NCBI GenBank assembly: GCA_025558095.1
Contig: JAIVFI010000012.1
Location: forward strand, 62,001-126,000
DNA length: 64,000 nt
Source: Hyaloraphidium curvatum SAG 235-1
Taxonomy: Eukaryota > Fungi > Monoblepharomycota
Reading direction: 5' to 3'
The notes under the pieces are model-generated. The model ran no database searches, was not told where the DNA came from, and saw only the letters and a list, made by a program, of their open reading frames with translations. Shown here piece by piece: positions 1 to 11,500 of the stretch. A program made the translations under genes and the position numbers. The number at the start of each line of letters is the position of its first letter. Position 1 is the first letter of the stretch.

Positions 1-118
1 GCCACGTCTCCGATGCACGCACAGCCGCACCGCGTCCCGCCGACAAACGCAACGGCACGCTCCCGCGAAGAGAAGAGAAACCGATCCCCCCATCCTGCCG
101 CCCTCACTCCCCCCGGAA

Positions 119-1045
119 ATGCCCACCGCGCCCGCGCCCGACGCCATCGCGCTGCACCCGCTGCGCCCGGCGCACTACGCTCCCCCCGGCGCCCGGCCGC
201 GCTCCGCGGCGGACCTGCCCGGCACGTCGCCGGTGCACGCGCTGCAGGCGCTCGCATATCCCGAAAATCCGGAGTACCACGAGACCAACGCGATACTGGC
301 GTCGTACCCGGCCCGGACGGGCGCCAGGGGTTTCCTGGCGTCGGCTGTGGTGCGTTGTTCCACCCCCGAGGAGGCACGCGAATGGGACGCCGTGGCGATC
401 GGGACCGTCGAGGGCATCGGGGTGCGGGTGGCCGTGGGGTACATCTACGGTTACCCGCTGGATCCGGAGGCCGCGATGCCAGAGCTGCACCATCCCGTGG
501 CCGAGGTCGGGGTGCCGGCGTGGGCGGAGCCCGATGCCGGGGGTGGGGCGGCCGGGGAGGACAAGGTGGTGGCGGAGGAGCGGGAAGCGAGGCTGGAGTG
601 GGCGGCATTCCGCGGTACCGGCGCCGGGGAGCCCGATGTGCCTTCCCACGGCTCCTCCGAAACTCTCGCCTCCTCCGAGCCCGCGAAGCTCGCCTTCTAC
701 CTCGCCGACCGCACCGTGCACCCCGCATTCCAGCGCCGCGGGATCGGCTCCCTTCTCCTGGACGCCCTCGTCGCCTCGGTGGCGCGGACCAACGCCGCCG
801 CAGCTCGACAGATCGGATCCCCGGTCTTTCCGAGGATGTGGGCGATGAGCGTCAACGCGGCGCAGGTGGCCAACCTCGAACGGGCGTACGGGTTCGCGAG
901 CCCTCTTTCGGAGCGGTACAAGGAGCCGGAGGGGGGGTACTGGGGGAGGGTGGAGAGGGAGCGGGCGGGCAAGGTGCCAGATTGCTTCGACCACGGCGAG
1001 GACGGGGAGCAGGCCATGTTCATGAGCAGGGACCTGGCTTTGTGA
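119..1045 (+). CDS. GNAT-family N-acetyltransferase
   Basis: Uninterrupted 308-aa ORF with acetyl-CoA-binding motif A: TVHPAFQRRGIGSLLLDAL. Confidence 0.75.
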   Translation: MPTAPAPDAIALHPLRPAHYAPPGARPRSAADLPGTSPVHALQALAYPENPEYHETNAILASYPARTGARGFLASAVVRCSTPEEAREWDAVAIGTVEGIGVRVAVGYIYGYPLDPEAAMPELHHPVAEVGVPAWAEPDAGGGAAGEDKVVAEEREARLEWAAFRGTGAGEPDVPSHGSSETLASSEPAKLAFYLADRTVHPAFQRRGIGSLLLDALVASVARTNAAAARQIGSPVFPRMWAMSVNAAQVANLERAYGFASPLSERYKEPEGGYWGRVERERAGKVPDCFDHGEDGEQAMFMSRDLAL

Positions 1046-1148
1046 CGATCTGCTATTGATGAACTTGTTTCGGTGACTCTCGCCCTTGATCGAGTCCTAC
1101 TTCGAGCGGCCAAAATCGGTGAGAGTCCGGTGCGGGTAAACACGCACA

Positions 1149-1982
1149 ATGCCCTCCGATCCCGCTGCCCCGGACGCCTACTCGGCCCTCTTCTCCCACC
1201 TCTCCTCGCTCGGTGCCACGGGCCTCGACCGCGTGCGCGTGGAGGACCGCGGGCCGCCGCGCGGGCGGGGGCTTTTTGCCGCGGCGCCGATACCCGGCGG
1301 GTCGCGCGTGCTGTCGGTGCCATTGCACGCGTGCGTGCGCGTCGAACTGGCGGGCGATGTGCTGGGACAGGACGTCGTTGAGAAATTCGACGCGTTGCGG
1401 GGGCCGGGAGCAACGTCGGGAGCGTTTGCGGGGCTTGGCGAGGCGGACGGCGCGGCGCTGCTCGCGCTGCTCCTCGTCCGGGCGCGCGGCGAACTGCTGG
1501 ACGGCGAGTCGCACCTCGCGGACGACTCCGCGGATGCCGGCGAACAGGATTCCCGATCCCGGGCCCGCGCGCTGCTCCGACACTACCTCCCCACTCTGCC
1601 CCCAGAAGTCCAAGGCGGCTTCCCCACCTCCCCCCCCGCCCGCGCCCTCACCGCCTCCCTCGCCGCGCGCCTCCTCCCCCTGCTTCCCCCCTCCCCCTCG
1701 CACACCCCGGACCGCTTCCTCTGGGCCTACTCGTGCGTGCTTTCCCGCTCAATGACCTTTGCCCTGCCCGACGGGAGCCAGCTCCTGTTGATGGTGCCGG
1801 CGGCGGACATGGCGAACCACCACCCGTCGCCGGCGGACGCGAGGTACCACCTGTATGCGACGGAGGAGAGGGAGGTCAGCTTGTATGCGAGGTGGGAGCT
1901 GGAGCCGGGGGAGGAGGTGACGATCAACTATGGCAGGGGGGTGGGCGAGGGCACGCTGCACTACGGCTTCGTCGTGCGCTAG
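1149..1982 (+). CDS. SET-domain protein lysine methyltransferase (Rubisco-LSMT/SETD3-like)
   Basis: GRGLFAAAPI, WAYSCVLSR, MVPAADMANH, GEEVTINYG and LHYGF motifs. Confidence 0.85.
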   Translation: MPSDPAAPDAYSALFSHLSSLGATGLDRVRVEDRGPPRGRGLFAAAPIPGGSRVLSVPLHACVRVELAGDVLGQDVVEKFDALRGPGATSGAFAGLGEADGAALLALLLVRARGELLDGESHLADDSADAGEQDSRSRARALLRHYLPTLPPEVQGGFPTSPPARALTASLAARLLPLLPPSPSHTPDRFLWAYSCVLSRSMTFALPDGSQLLLMVPAADMANHHPSPADARYHLYATEEREVSLYARWELEPGEEVTINYGRGVGEGTLHYGFVVR

Positions 1983-2030
1983 CCATGTACCGGGCTAATC
2001 CAAGACACAGGATGGCGCCCGCACCGGCGG

Positions 2031-3482
2031 CTAATTCAGGCATCCGAGTCCTTGTCCGAGCCCGCGCCCTCCCGTCCACACCCACTTGCACCACCTCTCC
2101 ACGTCCGCCGCCGTCCCCCTCCACCCCAACCTCCCCACCGCTCCCGCGAGGTAGAACAGCACGCTGACCGCCATCCCGCACAGAAGCGCGATCCCGTCGT
2201 TTCTGAACCCGGCGAGCGCCGAGGCCGTCACGAGGGTGACCACGAACTCCTCGTGCCCCGAAACGTCCCTCGCGGCCGAACCGAGCTCGACCCCGGCGAC
2301 GACGAGCATCACCCCTAGCAGCGAGTTGGGAAAGGCGCCCAAGAGGCCGGCCAGCGACGCGCCGAACGCCAGCGCGGCGGACACCTTGACGAGGCCGAGG
2401 ATGACCAGCGACAGCCCGGTGCGCGCGCCGAAGCGGTACTGCGCCGCCAGCCCCCCCGCGCCGTGGCAGTACGGCGAGCACCCGAACCAGCACGAGACGA
2501 TGTTCATGAAGCCCACGCTGAGCGCGACGTCGCGCAGGGGGACGGCGCCGCGGCCGCGGGGCGGGTTGCGTTCGGGGAAGAGGTCCCCGGCGAGCTTGGA
2601 GACCGCGACGACGGAGTTGAGGAGGGTCAGCGGGATCTGGCCCAGCGCGGCGCCGAGGATCGCGTTGGTGGAGCCGAAGGCGGGGACGAGCACGGGCGGG
2701 GGGGAGAAGCCCAGGCGGAGGCCGGGGGAGCCGGGCGTTGCGAGGTAGATCTTGAGGGCGGCGAGGATGATGCCGAGGACGAAGATGAGGAGGGCGGAGA
2801 AGGTGAAGCGGGAGTTGTAGGTGGCGAACACCGCGAGGAAGGCGAGGATGCTCCAGAGGTAGTTGTCCAGCCAGGCCCAGCCGGCGAAGGACCAGCCGTT
2901 GGAGGACTGCAGCGTCGAAACGCCGTTGATGGCCAGCACGAGTCCGGTGCCGAGCTGCAGCCCGCGCACGAGGGGCAGCGTGACGACCCGCGATATGGGC
3001 AGCACGAGGTTGGTCAGGCCGAGGAAGCCGATGACGCACGACACGTAGAACCCGGCGGCGACGATTTCGGCCATGGTGTAGCTGTTGGCCATGGCCACCG
3101 ATGCGATCGACTTCATCGGCTGCACGGGCACGGGCACGTTGAACCACAGCCCCGCGAGGATGCCGTAGGCGCCGCCGAAGAGCAGCGTCGAGGTCAGGTC
3201 GATGCCGCCCTTCTTGGTCAGGGCGACGATGATGGGCAGCAGCGTGCCGATGTCCCCGAACGCGCCGGAGATTTCGGCGAGCGGGTTGACGGAGCGGAAG
3301 GAGCTCCAGCGCGAGGCGAAGAAGGCGGAGACGGGGTGGCGGGATGCGTGGCGGTGGGGCACGGGCGGCGACGACGCCGAGTCGGAATCCTTGGCGCTGC
3401 CGTCCGAGTCGGCATCCTTCGTTCCGCTCTCCGCGTCAATGTCCGTCGCAGGCGGGCTCTCCGGCTGCTCCAGGGAGGCCAT
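2031..3482 (-). CDS. Molybdate transporter MOT1-family membrane protein
   Basis: 483 aa, multi-TM; EISGAFGDIGT, PVPVQPMKSIA, QIPLTLLNS, PYCHGAGGLAAQYRFGAR are MOT1-family motifs. Confidence 0.88.
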   Translation of the reverse strand: MASLEQPESPPATDIDAESGTKDADSDGSAKDSDSASSPPVPHRHASRHPVSAFFASRWSSFRSVNPLAEISGAFGDIGTLLPIIVALTKKGGIDLTSTLLFGGAYGILAGLWFNVPVPVQPMKSIASVAMANSYTMAEIVAAGFYVSCVIGFLGLTNLVLPISRVVTLPLVRGLQLGTGLVLAINGVSTLQSSNGWSFAGWAWLDNYLWSILAFLAVFATYNSRFTFSALLIFVLGIILAALKIYLATPGSPGLRLGFSPPPVLVPAFGSTNAILGAALGQIPLTLLNSVVAVSKLAGDLFPERNPPRGRGAVPLRDVALSVGFMNIVSCWFGCSPYCHGAGGLAAQYRFGARTGLSLVILGLVKVSAALAFGASLAGLLGAFPNSLLGVMLVVAGVELGSAARDVSGHEEFVVTLVTASALAGFRNDGIALLCGMAVSVLFYLAGAVGRLGWRGTAADVERWCKWVWTGGRGLGQGLGCLN

Positions 3483-3621
3483 TCTGTGGAAGTTCTGTCG
3501 CAGCCAAGGGGTTGAACGATATGCACGATCGTTTTGTCACCCAGGAGACGCCTGGCCACCACCGGCATTTTGGCGGGAGCAGGAGTTAGGGCGTCAACAC
3601 TTTAGAGCAGCAATTAGCGCG

Positions 3622-6379
3622 ATGTCGTTCGACGCGGCGTTCGGCCTGCCGACGGCCACGCAGGCGGACCTGGACGCCATCGTCCTCTCGGACCCGACCG
3701 GCTTCGTGCTCGCCAAGCCGCACGGCGCGCCCGACGACGCCGACTCGACGCCCGCGTACCGCTCCGTGCTGTCGCCCAACGAGCTCGTCGACGGCTGGCC
3801 GGGCAGCGGGCTCGGCGGCGTGTCGGACGTGTTCGACTTTGGCTGGAAGCGCGCGCAGGCCTGCGGCAAGGACAGGTTCTACTGCTACAAGGACAGGCTG
3901 TTCGAGCCCGCGGGCGACCCGATGGGCAAGGTGGGTTGCCGGTCTGGAAGCGTGCCTGGGCACTAACCTCCTTTTGTCAGCTCGTCGGGTTCTCGGACTG
4001 GAAGTGGACCACCTGGGCCGAGTTCAACGAGCGCCGCCTCGATTTCGGCAGCGGCCTGTGCCGCCTTTACGCCCGCCTCGTCGGCGGCGACGAGTCGCAG
4101 CGCGTCCGCGAACGCTGGAACTTCTCGCTCTTCGCCAACAACCGCCCCGAGTGGATCGTCGCCGACCACGGCGCCATGGCCCACGGCATCGTCTCCGCCG
4201 TGCTCTTCGACTCCCTGGGCCCGGACTCGGTCGAGTACATCATGAACCACTCGGAGAGCGTGCTGATGATCACGACCATCGACCGCGTGCCGGCCGTCCT
4301 GTCGGTCGTGCAGAACTGCCCGACCGTCAAGGCCGTCATCTCTATGGATCCGCTGTCGTACCCCGGCGGGCAGAAGCTGGTTGCCGAAGCCAAGGCCAAG
4401 GGCGTGCAGCTGATCGAGTTTGCCGAGGTGGAGCAGATGGGCCAGGGCGGGGGGAGGGTGCCGGTCAACTACGGCCGCGGCGACGACTTCCTGACCCTGG
4501 CTTACACCTCGGGAACTACTGGGAAGCCCAAAGGCGCTATTATCACTCACCGTGGGTTTTCTGCTCGTCCACCACACCCTCCTTGCCATCTCCAGACGCC
4601 CCGCAGGCATGTTCATGGCCGTCACCCGCGCGCAGCAGATGCAGGGCACCGACCGCAACCCCGACGACTACCACCTCTCCTTCCTCCCCCTCGCGCACCT
4701 CATGGAGCGCTTCATCTTCGTCTCGGTCATGATCTCGGCCGCCACCGTGTGCTTCTACCGCGGCGCGCCCGACTACATCCTCGCCGACATACAGGACTTC
4801 AAGCCCACGGTGCTGCCGATGGTCCCGCGGCTGTGGAACCGGATCGCGGGGGCTATTGTTTCGGCGGTGATGGCGCAGGGGGGCCAGAAGGCCGTGGACG
4901 AGTTCTGGGAGGCCGTGAGGGTCAAGACGGAGCACATCAAGAGGACGGGGAAGCTCGAGCATCCGGAGCTGGATGCCAAGTGGTTCAACAAGTGGGTGAC
5001 AAGGTCAGGGGATTGCGTCACCGTTCGGCCGCTGATCGTCGGGTTCAGGTTCAAGCCCATCCTTGGCGGCCGCGTGCGCTGGGGGCTGTCGGGCTCGGCT
5101 CCGATCGCGCCCACCACTCTGGACCTCCTGCGGTGCTGCTTCAGCTGCTACCTCGGCGAGGGATACGGGCAGGTTCGTGGGCCTGATCGCTGGTCTGACT
5201 CGAGTGCCGACATTGCGCCCTCCCTTTCCTCGCTCGACACGACGCTGGCAGACCGAGAGCGGTGGGTGCTCTTCAATTACCTCGCTCCTTTCTTTCTGAC
5301 AGTTGTCCTTTTTCCTTTAGGCGGCGCCATTTCCATCCAGTGGTGCCAGGAATCCTACACCGAGGCCGCCTACAAGGTCGGCTCGCCGCTGAGTGGGTCT
5401 CTGCGTTGCTCCGTCCGAGGCCGCCGTCCTGAGCCTCGTTCCAGCCTGCAACGAGATCAAGCTCGTCAGCATCCCGCAAATGGGCTACCTGGTGACGGAC
5501 AAGCCGTACCCCCGCGGGGAGATCTAGTGCGTCCCGCGTGCGATCGCTTCGTGGCCCATCTGACCCCGGTCGTTAGTTTCCGTGGTCCGAACGCGACGCC
5601 GGGGTACTACAAGGACGCCGAAAAGACGGCGGAGCTGATTGACAAGAACGGGTGGCGCCGCACGGGCGACGTGGGCACCATCGACGACAAGGGAAGGCTG
5701 GCCATCCTGGACCGGACCAAGCATATCTTCAAGCTCGCGCACGGCGAGTACGTCGCCCCCGAGCGGCTCGAGGTGAGCTTCCTGGCCAGCTTGTTCGGCT
5801 ACGGGCTGACCTTCTCTTGCCCAGAACATCTTCGTCAACTCGCCGTACATCGCCCAGATCTTCGTCTGGGGCGACTCGATCAAGTCCGACCTCGTCGCAG
5901 TCGTCGTCCCCGAGCCCGAGCCCTTCATCCGCGCCGCCATCGAGCGCGGCCTGCTACCCAAGGACACCGAGATCCCCGTCCTGGGCGTGGTCACCCCCGA
6001 GCTCGAGAAGATCTGCCGCGAGCCGGGGCCCCTGCTGGGGCTGGTCAGGGAGGACATCGTAAAGCTGGGCAAGGAGAGGAAGCTGATGGGGTACGAGCTG
6101 CCGCTGGCGGTCGGGTTCATGGCGGAGCCCATGACGATGCAGAACGGGCTGCTGACGCCGACCAACAAGGTGGGTCGCTCGTCGTGCTTTGCGGGCACTC
6201 TTCTGATACCGTTCAACCTCAGGTCAAGCGCGATGCCGTGGCAAAAGTATGCTGCCGTGGAATCCGGCCTGAACAGCCCACTGACATTGCCTTCGTAGGC
6301 ATACCGCCCGATGGTGGACCAGCTGTACAAGATCGTGGACGGAATCCCCCGGGACGAGAAGGGCCGCCCGAAGCTCTAG
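3622..6379 (+). CDS. Long-chain acyl-CoA synthetase (multi-exon), PTS1-like C-terminus -PKL
   Basis: YTSGTTGKPKG P-loop; SFLPLAHLMER; GYGQ|TES across a micro-exon; RTGDVG; DRTKHIFKLAHGEYVAPERLE; about 9 short GT-AG introns; ends GRPKL-TAG. Confidence 0.92.
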
Positions 6380-6447
6380 TCGCGACACATTCTGTATTGG
6401 GTTCCAAAAGACAGAGTTCTGGTGCACGCCTTCCGCCCCGCCCCGGC

Positions 6448-7487
6448 TCAGAACTTCTCCGAGAACGGACGCAAGTCAATCCTAGCAAGGTCCATCAGGA
6501 ACGAGACCGAGACGACGGGACATCGGTGCACCCACTCGAACGTCCAGCTGCTAAAGTGCTGCTTGTGCACGTGCCAGTACTCGTCCGCGATCGACTCGGG
6601 GTCCATGCTAGCGCCCAGCTTGTCCCACGGAATGTCCTTTCGGACGTGCCTGATCCGCGAGTTGGCCACGCCGCCGTCGATGATAAAGTGCGCGACATGG
6701 ACGCCGCGGGGCCCCATTTCCTTGGCCAGGGACTGGCAGAACGCCCGCAGCGCCCCCTTGGTGCTGGCGAACGCCGTGAAGTTGGCGTTGCCCCTGATTG
6801 AGGCCGTCGCGCCCGTCACGAGCACCGAGCCGAACCCCTGCTTCTCCATGATCGGCAGCGTCCTCTGCAGAATGAGCCACGGTGCGAGCTGATTCAGCTT
6901 GTATGACGTTTCGAGGTGCTTGGAGGTCAGCTTCAGGAAGGGAGACTCGATCCGCGCCGCGGCGTTGTAGACCACCGCCTGGAGCGGCATCTCCGCCGAC
7001 ACGTGTCCCAGGGCCTCGCTCAGGCCCTTTTCCAGCGAAGCCTGGTCGGTGCAGTCGGCAAGGATCACGGCGGACCGGCCGCCGGACGAAGCAATCTCCT
7101 TGCGGATCCCGTCCATGAACTGCGCCGTCCGGGCGACCATGCAGACCAACAGGCCCTCCTTGGCGAATCTCCGGGAGACAGAGGCACCAATGCTGAGAAA
7201 GGGAGGGCGGACAAACAGGCGGGAATCGGTGAGAGTTAGCGAACGAGATGAATACGCGTCAGTGAACCTGGCCCGAGTGCAGGGGAAGGCGAAACGCAAC
7301 TCACCCAGGCCCTACACCAACAACGATGGCAACCTAAGGTAGCAAGAAACACGATCTCGGTGAGCATTTGAGCTCTCGATACGCGGGCCGACGGACGCAC
7401 CCCGACGTGTTTGTTGACCTCGGTGGTCGCAGCCGTCGGAGGAGCGGCAGGGTTCTCCACCCCGACTCTGACCGCCATTCCAGACAT
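6448..7487 (-). CDS. Short-chain dehydrogenase/reductase (multi-exon)
   Basis: Spliced VAIVVGVGPG|IG Rossmann motif, VYNAA, TGATASIRG..F.AFASTK, GVHVAHFIIDG, terminal DLRPFSEKF. Confidence 0.85.
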
Positions 7488-7962
7488 CGTTGTTGATTCC
7501 TGCCCTTGCTGAATGTCCTCCGACGACGTTCACCGGTTCGCGGCCAGAAGAAGCGTTCCGAACCACCACGGAGTTTCCAAATCGGCCGCCGCCCGCACCT
7601 TCTTAGAGACAGACCCGCGCGACCGACGACGTCGGTTCCCCTGCCCGCCCTGTCCGCCCTGCCTTTTCACTTTGTGCTCGACCTCAGATGGCCCGTTGAT
7701 GTCATTGATCCTGCTGTAGCTGGGCATCCGCCATCTAAAGCGCTCCGCCATGATGACACTTCATGCCTCGCGTCCCGCCATCACGGCATCATTGCCCTCC
7801 CGATCATCTCGCAGTTTCCCTCTTCCGCCATTGCACCCGAGAAGTCGCGGTGCTTCACGACACCGTCGTGTGGGGTACGGAGCGTGCATCCGGACCGATC
7901 GCAGGCCGGGAGTCCGAAAGTTCCACCGCCAACATCCCGTTTATCGCGCCCTCTCGCAGCCC

Positions 7963-9462
7963 ATGGCGGCGAACCCCACGTCAGGCCGCTTTTCCACGAC
8001 CGATCTCGCGCTCCTGCAGCCCACGGCCGTGCCCGCGCCCGCCTTGCCGTGGTCGCCGGCGGAACCCGCGACCGTCCCGCCGAACCGCGAGCCGCTCGAT
8101 GAGCGCCGCCTGCTCTCCGCGCTGCGCGGCCGCCCGGCCGCCCGCTTTCTTGTTCGGCTGCGATTGGCGGCCGACGCGGTCGGGCGGGCCACAACATGGC
8201 CTCGTTTATTGGTTTTTCCTTTCTTGGCCGTGCCTCTGCTCGCCGTGCCATGGGTGTTTGGGCAGTTCGGAACTCGTAACAACGCGACGGCGACGGCGGC
8301 CATGGTGCTAGACATGGCCGTCGTACACTACCTTGGGACCCGGCTGCACGTTTGGAGGCGCCGCACAGGCCGTGTCGACGACTTGGCAGGCGTCGGGGAC
8401 ACTGCCCTGATTGTCGCGTATCTTGAGCGCGCGGGGCCGGCGGGCGAGGGCGCAAGGATTGACAAAGGCCTGGAATCGGGCGCGGACGGCAAAGGGGACG
8501 TTCCTGGCTCGCCCCTGCTGGAGCACAAGGAAGGGGATCCTATGTGCCCATGCCCCCGCGAGACCTGCGCAGGCGATCTTGCAAGTGCCCCACTGTGGTC
8601 GTCCTCGGCTCGCAACCTAATCACCCTCCTCTTGAGTTTCATGGCGATCCGCAACTTTTTGATATTCTTCACGCCGTTTGTCACGCTGGGGTTCGAGACG
8701 TGGACGCATGCGTGGAGCGCCGCCGTGGCGACACTATGCCTCTTCAACTCCTGCATCTGTCACTGGATCCCCATGTTTGGCCTCTTGTACGGGTATGCCC
8801 AGCCCCGCGCGGTCGCCCTGGAGGCGCGGCTACAGGTGCGCGCGACAGCCTTGGCCATGTCAGACCTGGTCTCGCACCTCCGCCGCCTCGCGGATGCTTC
8901 TTCGCCGCCTACAGACCTTCCCGCCGACGCGTCCGACATGCAGTACATCGTCCTCCACAACTTGCTTGCCCCCGCTTGGCAGCGCCGCTTCCATAGTCAC
9001 CGGATCCTGCAGAGCAGCCGGGCTTGGGCCATTGTTTCTGGCCTTGTTTCCGGCGTCATCTATGCCGCGGGCTCTTTCTGCATCCCAGCCTGGGTCCTCG
9101 CCAACATCGTCTACTACTTTGCCTTCATCGTCGACGACCTCCTCGCGATCGCCCGTTTCAACGACGGCGTCGGCGCCGTCCTGGACCTGTTCCGCCACGC
9201 GCGCGCCGAGATCCGCCGCCTCCGTGCACTTGCGCCCTCGGGCCCCGCCACGGACGCCCTAGCCGCGCACGACTTGGTGCTTTCGGGGTTCCTCGAGGCC
9301 GACCGCGACAGGGCCGCGTTCCTGGGCGTGAGGGTCGACTACGGCGTCGTCAGGGTGGTCGTGCTCTCGATGCTGACGGTGGTCGGGGTGGTATGGGGCG
9401 TGCTGTGGGGCGTCGGGGTGGCGGTGACCCTGGAGAGCGTGTGTTCCGGGGGCGGTGGGTAA
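7963..9462 (+). CDS. Orphan seven-transmembrane protein; possible gustatory-receptor-like (7TMIC) channel
   Basis: Intronless ~500 aa; seven hydrophobic segments with long loops before TM3, TM5 and TM7; last segment preceded by FLGVRVDY. Confidence is for the CDS; the family call is tentative. Confidence 0.7.
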   Translation: MAANPTSGRFSTTDLALLQPTAVPAPALPWSPAEPATVPPNREPLDERRLLSALRGRPAARFLVRLRLAADAVGRATTWPRLLVFPFLAVPLLAVPWVFGQFGTRNNATATAAMVLDMAVVHYLGTRLHVWRRRTGRVDDLAGVGDTALIVAYLERAGPAGEGARIDKGLESGADGKGDVPGSPLLEHKEGDPMCPCPRETCAGDLASAPLWSSSARNLITLLLSFMAIRNFLIFFTPFVTLGFETWTHAWSAAVATLCLFNSCICHWIPMFGLLYGYAQPRAVALEARLQVRATALAMSDLVSHLRRLADASSPPTDLPADASDMQYIVLHNLLAPAWQRRFHSHRILQSSRAWAIVSGLVSGVIYAAGSFCIPAWVLANIVYYFAFIVDDLLAIARFNDGVGAVLDLFRHARAEIRRLRALAPSGPATDALAAHDLVLSGFLEADRDRAAFLGVRVDYGVVRVVVLSMLTVVGVVWGVLWGVGVAVTLESVCSGGGG

Positions 9463-9766
9463 AGAGGCAGTTCCGTAGGCTGCGCTTCCACCCAGTAGGG
9501 CCCGGAATCAGCACGGGCGCAAGATGCGTGGCATGCAGCCAGGGTCACCGACCGAGAATGTATGCCGGATGCTGCGGTTTCGATTCGTCGTGACGTCTTG
9601 GAGATGGGGAGAGCACTTGCACAGCCTCCAAGTAGAAACATCGAACGTTCCGCAACTTCGAGCCCTCCGGACACAAAACAGCAGCGCTTCGATCTTCATC
9701 GGCGTACCGAGAACGTCCCTCGAGCTTTTCTGAACAACCCCGGTGCCTCCTGGCCTCCTGCACGGG

Positions 9767-11126
9767 ATGCCGGCCCCCACGCCCTTCCGCGTCCAGGCGA
9801 CCCTCGCTCAGCTAGCGCGGCTCAAGTCGCGCCTCCAGGACGTGGTCTACGCCGAAATCGACCTCCCCGATGCCGACACGTGGGCGTACGGCATGCCACC
9901 GCGGGTGCTGAAGAAGCTGGTCGAGCATTGGCGCGACAAGTCTGTGTCTCCCGCTCTCCGACGCGTCCGTCCGGCACTCACCGCCCCCGCCAGGTACGAC
10001 TGGCCAGCCTGGGAGGCCAAGATCAACTCGTTCTCGCACTACAAGCTCCGCTGCAACGATGTCGACGTGCACTTTATCCACCACCCCTCGACGCGGCCGG
10101 ACGCGGTCCCGCTCATCCTCACCCACGGGTGGCCCGGCTCGTTCGTGGAGTTCCTGGACATGATCAAGCCGCTCGCCGAGCCCGAAGCCGGTCAGCAGGC
10201 CTTCCACGTGGTGGTTCCCAGCCTGCCCGGCTACGGGTTCTCCGGCAGGCCGACCCGAAAGGACTACTCGATCGTCGAGACGGCCAAAGCCTTCGACGAG
10301 CTGATGAGGAGCTTGGGGTACAGCAGTTACATGGCACAAGGCGGCGACTGGGGCAGCGGTGTGACCAAGGCGCTGGCCGTCACCTGCCCCGAGTCGTGCC
10401 GCGCGATCCACGTGCGCCCCAACCGTTTCGCGCTGCCGCCCGCGCTGACTTTGCCTCCAGCTCAACTTGCTCACGTTCTACCGCCCGCCGAAGGATGCCA
10501 AGTTGCAGCCGCTTACCGAGTCGGAGCAGCGGAACCTCGCCGCCGCCCGCGAGTTTGAGGTCACAGGGACTGGGTACCAGCGCATCCAGGCGACGAAGCC
10601 GCAGACCCTCGGCGCGGCGCTTGCTGACAGCCCCGTGGGGCTGCTCGCTTGGATCGGGGAAAAGTTCCACGAATGGGTGGACCTCCGAGGCGGGGACGGC
10701 GACTTCTCGCCCACCGTGCCGACGGACGATCTGCTGACAAACGTGATGGTCTACTACATCAGGTGCTGCGTGACTTGGAGACCCGCCGTGCCTCCGAATC
10801 TCACCTTCGCCGCCATCTCCCGCAGCAATTCAATCACATCCTCGTTCTTCCTCTACCACTACCAACTGCTCAGGCGCCTCGATCAGTTCATCAACACGTC
10901 CAAGATCCTTCAACCCGTCGGTTGTTCCGCCTTTCCCCGTGACCTCTACGTGCCCCCGCGGAGCTGGGTCGAGTACAGCTGCCCCAACCTGGCTTTCTGG
11001 AGCGAACCGAAGGAGGGTGGGCACTTTGCCGCCCTGGAGAGGGGGGACGTGCTGGTGCGCGATCTGAGGACGTTTGCGCGGGTGCCGGAGGTCAAAGCCA
11101 GCCTGGGAGGGCATGCAAAGTTGTGA
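9767..11126 (+). CDS. Microsomal-type epoxide hydrolase (EHN + alpha/beta hydrolase), copy 1, PTS1 -AKL
   Basis: HGWPGSF oxyanion motif, PSLPGYGFS, QGGDWG nucleophile, DSPVGLLAWI, GGHFAALE; introns ~9940-9993, ~10412-10460, ~10763-10826. Confidence 0.93.
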
Positions 11127-11500
11127 AAGCAATAAAGGGTCTTTCGACGAAGGCTTTGATGGGGAGTGCGTTGACGGCGGGGATGTTTCAAAGACAATAT
11201 ACTGCCCTCCTAGTTACGACGAGGACGAGTCCACTAGAATGAGCATCGCGACCAGAATAACCCGACGACTAGGTTTGGCGAAAGATGTGCGTGGATGAAA
11301 TCAAGAAGAGTTGCTTGCTGATGAAGAAGTCTGCGGATCAGAGCCCCGGATGTTCCGCAGCCTGCGGTTCGATCGCTCAGGGTCTTGCAAGGGAAGAGAA
11401 TTGTCGGCGCCCCGCGGGCGACAGGGCCCTTGCAACTTCCCCGGTCCACCGCCTGCCACTCCGGCCCCATCGCGCCCGCACCCCTCCCGAACCCGCTGCG

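Noticed and set aside
119-1982. Adjacent GNAT and SET genes as a protein-modification module or operon
   Set aside because: Intergenic gaps near 100 bp are normal in this compact genome; no further link.
3622-6379. Apparent frameshifted pseudogenes (also GMC, ABCG, EH, MFS, esterase genes)
   Set aside because: Each break coincides with a short GT-AG intron that restores conserved motifs.
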